Made by a program: the position numbers and the translations under genes
From: a virus
Taxonomy: Duplodnaviria > Caudoviricetes
DNA length: 64,000 nucleotides
IMG/VR virus record: IMGVR_UViG_3300028591_000008
Coordinates: 1 to 64,000 of that record
Direction: 5' to 3' (one strand)
Part shown: piece after piece, positions 57,143 to 64,000 of the stretch
Position numbering within the stretch: position 1 is the stretch's first letter
Layout of the letters: every line of letters starts with the position of its first letter
The notes under the pieces: generated by a model
What the model was told of the DNA's origin: nothing
The model's database searches: none
Seen by the model: the letters and a program-made list of their open reading frames with translations, nothing else

Positions 57143-59482
57143 TCACAGCGAAGAAATTCCAATTACATAATTATTTGTTAATTTAATAAGTTTGGTTCCC
57201 TGCGCGCCGCGTGAAAGATTTGGAATATCATTATATTTAATTCTAATTTGAGTTGTGTTAGAATTAATTAATATATCTGCTTGTGAAGTAATTGCTATAA
57301 AATCACACATATTATCTGCTTTTTGAATTTTTACACCCTTGGTATTAGTTCCTGTTGTATTAAATTCATTAATATTAGTGCTTTTTCCATATCCATCAGA
57401 TGCTATACTAAAGATAGAAGTTGTATTTTTTGGTATGACTCGCGCGCTGACTACATAATCTCCAGTAGAAAGTTTCATACCAATAATACCTCGCGTTACG
57501 CGTCCAATTGATTTTATTGGTGCTGTAGCAACCATGATAAATTGTCCATCACGAGACATAATTCCAAGTCGTTCATCTTCCATAATAAGAATAGATACGA
57601 TCTCGTCATTTGAGTCAAGCTTTATAGCAAGTGCGCCAGTATTACGTTTCATATTGTACTCACTAAGTTTACTCTTTTTAATAAGTCCATTCTTAGTTAC
57701 AAAGACAATGTTTTTCGCGGCATTATTAGGATTAACTCCTACTGCTGCTGTAAGAGTTTCATCATCTCCTACAGAAAAATAATTTGCCAAGTATTGTTTT
57801 TCTCCAATTGTAAATTCTCCCATCTTCATGTGGTAATAATTTCCTTTATTGGTAAAGAACAAAATCATTTCTGTATTCTCACCAACTATATTATCTACCA
57901 AAATTTCATCTTTTTCAAGTTTTAACTTTGTCCCAATTCCATTGCGGCGTTGAGAATAAAGTGAAGAAGTCTCTGTTACGAATACTGCGCCTTTATTGGT
58001 GAAAGAAAGAGAAAGCTGTTTCTTCTCAGTCGGTTCGTCAGATTCATTTTCGATGTTAAGAATTTGAGTGCGGCGGGCGTCTCCAAATTTCTGCGCAATT
58101 TCGCGCCAGCCATTTATAAGTTCTTGATTGAAAAGCTCTTCACTTTTGAGAATTGCGTGGATGCGCGCGGCTTCAATCTGAAGTTTTTCTCTTTCGTCTT
58201 CAAGTTTTTTTACTTCGAGATTTGCCAGACGAGAAAGTTTCATATCAAGAACAGCTTTTGCTTGCTCATCGTCAAGGAGAAAACGATTTTGTAGTTCTTT
58301 TGAGGCGGCCGCGGTAGACGAAGAAGTTTTAATTACCTTTACTACCTCATCAATATTGGCAATACAAATTAGAAGTCCGTCCAAAATATGGATGCGCTTT
58401 TCTATCTTTGCAAGATCAAATTCAAAACCTCTCCTATACACAATCTTCTCATGGTCAATATGAGCTTGAAGCGCGGCCTTCCATCCAAATACTTTTGGAT
58501 AGCGTCCATCATCAAGCATTGTCATATTAATACCAAAATAGCTTTGAAGCGAAGTATTTTTATATAGATATTTAAGGACTCTATCTGGATTTGCTTTCTT
58601 TGTTAAGTAAATCTTAATAAGAGGATCAACGCCAGTAAGATCATTAAAACGTTCAATGCCTGGGTTATTAAGCTCATCATTTAGAATTTCTTCGAGTTCT
58701 CCACAGATTGTGTTGGTGTACACAGCATAAGGGATTTGAGATACAATAAAACATCTTTCTGCGGAGTCCCATTCCACAACAGATCTAAGCTTGCACGCCA
58801 ACCCCTGACCGGTTTTAAGGGCTTCTCTAACTTCTTTTTCATTAAGAAGCAGCGCGCCCGTAGCAAAGTCAGGCGCACAGTAAATATCATCGAACGTAGC
58901 GTCTGGATTAAGTAGTAATACTTCTAATGCATGATTTACCTCTTTAATATTAAATTGCGGGATAGAGCTGGCTGCGCCTATACCAATGCCCATAGTACCA
59001 TTTACTATATTATAAAAGCCTTTAGTAGGAAGTACAGACGGATATTGCTCCGTATCATCATAATTATCTCGCCATTCTTTAATAGTATTTTTATCAATAT
59101 CATTAAAGAGACGAACAGAGAACTCACTAAGACGTGAAGCTGTATAACGGGGCGCCGCCCAGTTGCCGCTTGACATCAAATTACCTTCATTACCTTCAAC
59201 CTCAATAAGAGGATAACGCATAGCAAAAGATTGACCCGCGCGCATAATAACTCCTTCACAGGAAGCATCGCCATGAATATACATGCGTGCTGCGCTACCA
59301 ATTGCTTTTAGTGTCTTTTTAAATGGCTTTGAAGGCAGAAATTTATCTGTATAAAGGCAATAAAAAATCTGACGAGCAGATGGCTTTAAACAGTCTCTTA
59401 CATCAACGAGTGCGCGGGATTGTAGAACAGCGCCGCTATATTGAGTAAAAGATTCTTCAATTACTTGTTTTAAATTACTCAT
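57143..59482 (-). CDS. gyrA: Type IIA topoisomerase subunit A (GyrA-like)
   Basis: RALVDVRDCLKP, HGD, AAPRYT catalytic Tyr, GyrA-box-like QRRNGIG, beta-pinwheel repeats. Confidence 0.9.
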   Translation of the reverse strand: MSNLKQVIEESFTQYSGAVLQSRALVDVRDCLKPSARQIFYCLYTDKFLPSKPFKKTLKAIGSAARMYIHGDASCEGVIMRAGQSFAMRYPLIEVEGNEGNLMSSGNWAAPRYTASRLSEFSVRLFNDIDKNTIKEWRDNYDDTEQYPSVLPTKGFYNIVNGTMGIGIGAASSIPQFNIKEVNHALEVLLLNPDATFDDIYCAPDFATGALLLNEKEVREALKTGQGLACKLRSVVEWDSAERCFIVSQIPYAVYTNTICGELEEILNDELNNPGIERFNDLTGVDPLIKIYLTKKANPDRVLKYLYKNTSLQSYFGINMTMLDDGRYPKVFGWKAALQAHIDHEKIVYRRGFEFDLAKIEKRIHILDGLLICIANIDEVVKVIKTSSSTAAASKELQNRFLLDDEQAKAVLDMKLSRLANLEVKKLEDEREKLQIEAARIHAILKSEELFNQELINGWREIAQKFGDARRTQILNIENESDEPTEKKQLSLSFTNKGAVFVTETSSLYSQRRNGIGTKLKLEKDEILVDNIVGENTEMILFFTNKGNYYHMKMGEFTIGEKQYLANYFSVGDDETLTAAVGVNPNNAAKNIVFVTKNGLIKKSKLSEYNMKRNTGALAIKLDSNDEIVSILIMEDERLGIMSRDGQFIMVATAPIKSIGRVTRGIIGMKLSTGDYVVSARVIPKNTTSIFSIASDGYGKSTNINEFNTTGTNTKGVKIQKADNMCDFIAITSQADILINSNTTQIRIKYNDIPNLSRGAQGTKLIKLTNNYVIGISSL

Positions 59483-59750
59483 TAATTATCTCCCTCATAT
59501 CAGCACCGCAGTTGGGACAGAAATGAAAGTACACAAAGTCGCAATATATCTGTCCACATTCCGAGCATTTGCCGATGTGTTGTCTATCCCACGGATCAAT
59601 TTCATCAATCCATTTTCCGTGTTTGATAAGCCGCACATCAGCGGCAGGAATTTCATTAAAGGCTTCCAATGCATTATGAAGATTTAAATGCCCAAATGTT
59701 TTATAAGTAGTGATTACTTTATCAAAATCAACATACTTTTTTTCTTCCAT
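59475..59750 (-). CDS. Small zinc-ribbon phage protein
   Basis: IPAADV...HGKW...CSECG...FCPNCGADM. Confidence 0.8.
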   Translation of the reverse strand: MEEKKYVDFDKVITTYKTFGHLNLHNALEAFNEIPAADVRLIKHGKWIDEIDPWDRQHIGKCSECGQIYCDFVYFHFCPNCGADMREIINE

Positions 59751-59823
59751 ATTATAATCTCCATTTTCATTTTATATAAATATTATATCATAAAATTAAA
59801 GAGAAGTCAAATTAAGACTTCTC

Positions 59824-61674
59824 TTATTCTCTAACCTCCGAAAAATCAATCTTATTAAAAATAAAATCTTTTCTTGGTCCAACATCGCTACCCATTAGTT
59901 CTTCCAGCATATATAGACTATCTGGATCTGGTTCAAGCACATCCATACGCTGAAATTCTGGAGTGAACATAGATTTGTGTGCTTGTTCTACACTTAGGGC
60001 GCCCAGACCTTTCGCACGTTGTACTTCACCTTTAAGCTTGCCGCGGACTTTATTAAATTCTTCATCTGTAAAATAATAAGATTCATTTTTCCCATTCTTT
60101 ACAATATAGAGCGGTGAGCGGAGCCAACAAAGTCGCTTCTCGTTTAGGAACTCTGGTGCGAGGTATCGAAGGGCGGTCATTATAAGAAGACCAATATGGT
60201 AGCCATCTGAATCAGCGTCTGTACAAATTCCAATACGTCCATATCTAAGTTTAGATGCGTTGTATTTCCCAGGTACAATATTCATTGCACTTAGCAGTAA
60301 CTTAATCTCTTCATTCTGAAAAATCTTTTCTTCTGGATGTGCCAAGCAATTCAAAATTTTTCCTCGAATAGCTAAGATTCCATAATTCTTATAGTCACGC
60401 GCTTTTGCAATGCCGCCAGCCGCGGAATCACCCTCGACAATAAGTAGAGTTGCATTTTGTCCAAGGAATTCAGCATCTTTGAGTTTATCAGACGAGAATA
60501 CTTTTTTCTTTTGATTCTTTTCAATGTCTTTTGTAGCTTCAAGGACTTGCTTGCGCGCACGCTCTGCCGCAGCTTCTGCTTTGGCAATTTTTTTCAACAA
60601 TTCAACAATAGTATCAAATTCATCGCTATATTTTGTTTTCATTTGTTTTAGCGCATTACTAAAACAAGTTGAAGCCATAGTGCGAAGATTTGCATTGTTG
60701 ATTTTTGATTTTGTCTGATTCGCAAATGAAGGTTGTGCAACAGTACAATTAATTACATAGAATAGCCCGCCGCGAATTGCGTCACCATCAAAATTTTGTT
60801 TTGAAAGTGAATTAAATGTACGGGTAATTGAAGTCTTTGCACCAGTAATTGGTGTTCCCCCTTCTGGTACTCGTAAACCATTTACAAATACATAACTTTG
60901 TTCTTTTTTATCTCCCCATTGAAAAGCAATTTCAAGCTTGTCGCCATTTTCGTCTGTAATAGAATCATATATAATATGTTTATGAAGCGGCCGCCCTATA
61001 TTTTCTTTCACAAGGTCAATAATACCATTTTTACAATATTGTACTTGTGCGCCCGTGTCATCGTTTTTAATTGCAAAAGTAATTTTTGGATATAGATAAC
61101 TTATATTTTCAATATCTGTACAAATACGTTCAAAAGAATATTGAATTACTTCATCTTTAAACACTTCTGGATCGGGAATAAAACGAACATAAGTTCCATC
61201 TTGGTCTTTTGTTGTACCTTCTTTATAGTTAATTAAGTCACCTTTTTCAAAATAAGCAGAAGCACATTTACCATTTCTATTACTTTGTACTTCAAATTTT
61301 AATGAAGAAAGACAGGTACAACTAGCACCTATACCATTGAGGCCCGACGAGTTCTTATAAACATGGTCATCAAACTTACCACCAGTATGTGCTTTGGAAA
61401 ATACATCAACAAGCACATTAGTCCCATCTTCTTTTACAAGAAAAGGCACTCCACGCCCATAATCTCTAACAGCAATAAAATTTTCTTTTTCACTTACTGC
61501 AATTTCAATTTTATTACCATATCCAGCAAGTGCTTCGTCTGTCGCATTATTTATAATTTCTTTAAATGCTTGATAAGCACCTTCATTATCAGCGCTTCCA
61601 AGATACATTTGTATACGAGTACGTACTCCTTCTTTAAAAGTTAAAGATTTTATATCTTCTGCTTCATAACTCAT
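59824..61674 (-). CDS. gyrB: Type IIA topoisomerase subunit B (GyrB-like)
   Basis: EIINNATDE, DYGRG, HTGGKF, VEGDSA, RGKILN, TDADSDG, KGLG. Confidence 0.93.
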   Translation of the reverse strand: MSYEAEDIKSLTFKEGVRTRIQMYLGSADNEGAYQAFKEIINNATDEALAGYGNKIEIAVSEKENFIAVRDYGRGVPFLVKEDGTNVLVDVFSKAHTGGKFDDHVYKNSSGLNGIGASCTCLSSLKFEVQSNRNGKCASAYFEKGDLINYKEGTTKDQDGTYVRFIPDPEVFKDEVIQYSFERICTDIENISYLYPKITFAIKNDDTGAQVQYCKNGIIDLVKENIGRPLHKHIIYDSITDENGDKLEIAFQWGDKKEQSYVFVNGLRVPEGGTPITGAKTSITRTFNSLSKQNFDGDAIRGGLFYVINCTVAQPSFANQTKSKINNANLRTMASTCFSNALKQMKTKYSDEFDTIVELLKKIAKAEAAAERARKQVLEATKDIEKNQKKKVFSSDKLKDAEFLGQNATLLIVEGDSAAGGIAKARDYKNYGILAIRGKILNCLAHPEEKIFQNEEIKLLLSAMNIVPGKYNASKLRYGRIGICTDADSDGYHIGLLIMTALRYLAPEFLNEKRLCWLRSPLYIVKNGKNESYYFTDEEFNKVRGKLKGEVQRAKGLGALSVEQAHKSMFTPEFQRMDVLEPDPDSLYMLEELMGSDVGPRKDFIFNKIDFSEVRE

Positions 61675-62093
61675 TTATTCATCTCCCACCGTTCATATGC
61701 TTCTTCAATTTTCTGCCAGTCTTCATCTTTGATGCCGCCGCACATCCATTTTTCTTTTAGATTGTAATAGCAAATAATCCAATATGTATCATTCATCCAA
61801 TTTTCATAAATTTCATTAATTGGAAGAATGTTATAATCTCCATCACAAACACTTGTAATTTTATCCCAGACCTTGTCCAGTGTGCGGTAGCCGCGACGAG
61901 TTATCTCAGCGCGAACGGCCGCGGCGTAAGTAATAAAATGATTCATTGGATAGTTCATTATTTTATTTACAAGAATATGATTTGGGGTACCTTTTGTTTG
62001 AATGTTGCTAGCAATCGCACTAATCTCGCGCCATTGAGCTATAAGCTGCTCACGAGGAAGAATAGAAATCATATCTTTATGCCAAAGTCTCAT
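61671..62093 (-). CDS. Pyrimidine-dimer DNA glycosylase (endonuclease V-like) family protein
   Basis: MRLWH...LPREQLIAQWRE...E..RRGY. Confidence 0.75.
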   Translation of the reverse strand: MRLWHKDMISILPREQLIAQWREISAIASNIQTKGTPNHILVNKIMNYPMNHFITYAAAVRAEITRRGYRTLDKVWDKITSVCDGDYNILPINEIYENWMNDTYWIICYYNLKEKWMCGGIKDEDWQKIEEAYERWEMNK

Positions 62094-62238
62094 ATATTTT
62101 CTCCTTTCATTATATATAAATATTATAACATAAAAATATCGAGAAGTCAAATTTACTTCTCGATACCTTATTATAATTATATAAATATTCTTTACGATGG
62201 TTTTATTATATCATAATTTTAAATAAAAATCAAATTTA

Positions 62239-62754
62239 TTAATAACTTCCTCCAGACCATGCTGTAAAATCTGTTTGATCTAAAGTAGATATAATTAAAT
62301 CTCCATTATTATTCTAAAATGTGTATTTAGATGATGGATTAAATAAATATACTAAATCCCAGCAGCCATTAGTTACTCTATTTTCATTATATATAAACAT
62401 CCATGTACAGTTTATTGTAAATTCAGATGTAACTTTAGTAGCATTTGAAGAAACTAAATAAATTGGTTTTGCTCCAAGATTATTTACATTTAATGTACAT
62501 TCACCAGTAGATGAAATAATATTATTTGTTATAATGCAACAAGTACCACTTTTTAATTCAGTAATACCCTATACTGTTGCAGTAAAAATAGTGCTTGTAG
62601 AATTACTATTAATATTACCAAAAGGAATTTTTTCAGTTAGTAGCGCTGCGCCACCGGCGTTTTTTGATCCAGCATATGTTGAAGGTATTAATTGTTTTAA
62701 TTTATTTATTGCTCTCTCTAATAAGCTTACATTTATTAATTTATCATAAGCCAC
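62239..62754 (-). CDS. Tail-fibre-associated protein (TAG read-through)
   Basis: TATV*GITELKSG...TLNVNNLGAKPIY; AAGGAG RBS; GTG start. Confidence 0.6.
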
Positions 62755-62766
62755 TTAGATCACTCC

Positions 62767-63933
62767 TTACTCAAACAGCGCATCAATATCGTCGGTTGTT
62801 GCAAGAGATATTTCACTTTCCTCCACATAGCCAGAGAGATCAATAGTACTTCCAAGTTCTTCCCAAGAGGTTCCATTCCAAGCATATTCACCACCAGTTT
62901 CTGTTACATGCCAAACATCACCAGTTGTATTGCCACTACTTGGTAAGGCTGAAACAGTAGCTTTTGTGCCTTTATAATTCATTGCTGCGGATATTTTATT
63001 ATCAATTTCGGTTTTAGTATACGCATCTGTGATACCATATCCAGATAAAGTGGTAGCACTATTTGCTTTGCCAGAAACAGCTGCTGCAACAAAAGCAGTA
63101 GATGCAATTTGAGTGGTACTAGTTCCTGGAGCTGCAGTTGGCGCTTTTGGAGTCCCCTTAAAATCTGGAGAGGTTATTGGTGCACGACTTGTATCAGTTG
63201 GATGGACATGATCTCCACGCGCGAAAGCCATTTCAGTACCAACCGCAGCGGTGCCGTCCATTTTTGGAGTGGTAGTACTTGCAGCCGCGCCTTCGGGCAC
63301 ATCAGCTCCAGTAATATAACCACTATCATTTGTTAAATCACTGGTTTTTGTTGGAACGGTAATATTTACTGTTTTATCAGTAACTGTTAATTCAGTGCCA
63401 TTTTTTTGAATGGCTTCGATGACATTATCTTTTGCGCTTTCAGAAATACCAGATAATTTATTTTTTTCTGTTGTAGTAAAATCTTCAGTACTAAGACCTT
63501 TTCCAGCAACTTTATCTACTTTATCATTTAATGCTGCATTTATAACTTTATTTTGTACTGGATTTGTAGAGGTAGTAGAAAATGTAGCATCTACAGTTGT
63601 TTTATTAGCACCTGCTGCTATTCCGGAAAGTTTTTGCTTCTCTTCTGTTGTATAGTTATTATCTGTATGAGTATAATTTGCATCCTATACTAAATTTTCT
63701 GGTTTGTTTAAAATCGCAGCGTCACCAGTTGTAGCATTCCAATCTGCGTTAACATTGACTTCTGCACCAGTGGCGATGTTTGCTAATTTTGTTTTTTCTT
63801 CTTGTGTGAAGTTAGTATCTGATAATCCTTTACCATCTACTTTATCTACTTTACTAGCAAATAATAAGTCTAATTTTGTTTTAAAATATGATAAAAGATC
63901 AATATCAATTAATTTCTGTAAGTCTACTGCCAT
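62767..63933 (-). CDS. Tail/head fibre-like protein (one TAG at 63685)
   Basis: KVDKV.GKGLS repeats, ARGDHVHP, SP.F.GTP.APTA, TTLSGYGITDAY; fragments 63685-63933 and 62767-63300 are in frame. Confidence 0.72.
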
Positions 63934-64000
63934 TTTTATCCTCCATTAACTAAACATTTTATTTATTGCAGCAACATCTGCTTTACCAATATTAAAGTAT

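Larger units (their letters stand above)
49782..62150 (-). promoter_or_regulatory. Second promoter class: AATTTGA..-17-TATAAT, without palindrome
   Basis: At 49782-49810, 54742-54770, 57110-57138, 59782-59810 and 62122-62150 (also 41292-41320). Confidence 0.8.

Noticed and set aside
63946-64000. 3' end of a further minus-strand gene
   Set aside because: Only ~17 codons are in the window, too little to call.

Overview
This window is a 64-kb segment of a large tailed dsDNA phage with a long tape measure and tail-tube genes, probably infecting an anaerobic Firmicute (sigma-A promoters, GGAGG/AAGGAG RBSs, class III RNR). It has three blocks. (1) 1-6.6 kb, minus strand: a more GC-rich array of small early-type genes, where nearly every unit has its own terminator, the same 19-bp palindrome (TTAGACGT-N3-ACGTCTAA) and a sigma-A promoter; the block also holds two ORF-less structured transcripts, a conserved leader RNA in front of two paralogous winged-helix genes, and a type III hammerhead ribozyme-like element. 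(2) 6.8-35.7 kb, plus strand: packaging, head and tail genes that form full-length ORFs only if TAG is read as an amino acid, most likely Gln (genetic code 15); the supplied ORF track fragments these genes. (3) 35.7-64 kb, minus strand: RuvC, dUTPase, an NCS2 nucleobase permease, a deoxyribosyltransferase-fold enzyme, a lipoprotein, NrdDG with redoxin partners, DnaE, RecJ, primase, DnaB, a Sak4-like ATPase, GyrA/GyrB, a pyrimidine-dimer glycosylase and tail-fibre-like genes. None of the genes I annotated ends in TAG. In-frame TAGs are absent from the early genes, the core replication genes and the high-copy capsid/tail-tube genes, are dense in low-copy late genes, and occur as single N-terminal codons in several metabolic genes. 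I saw no tRNA, integrase, lysis gene or CRISPR array. All product calls come from recognising motifs by eye, not from database searches.
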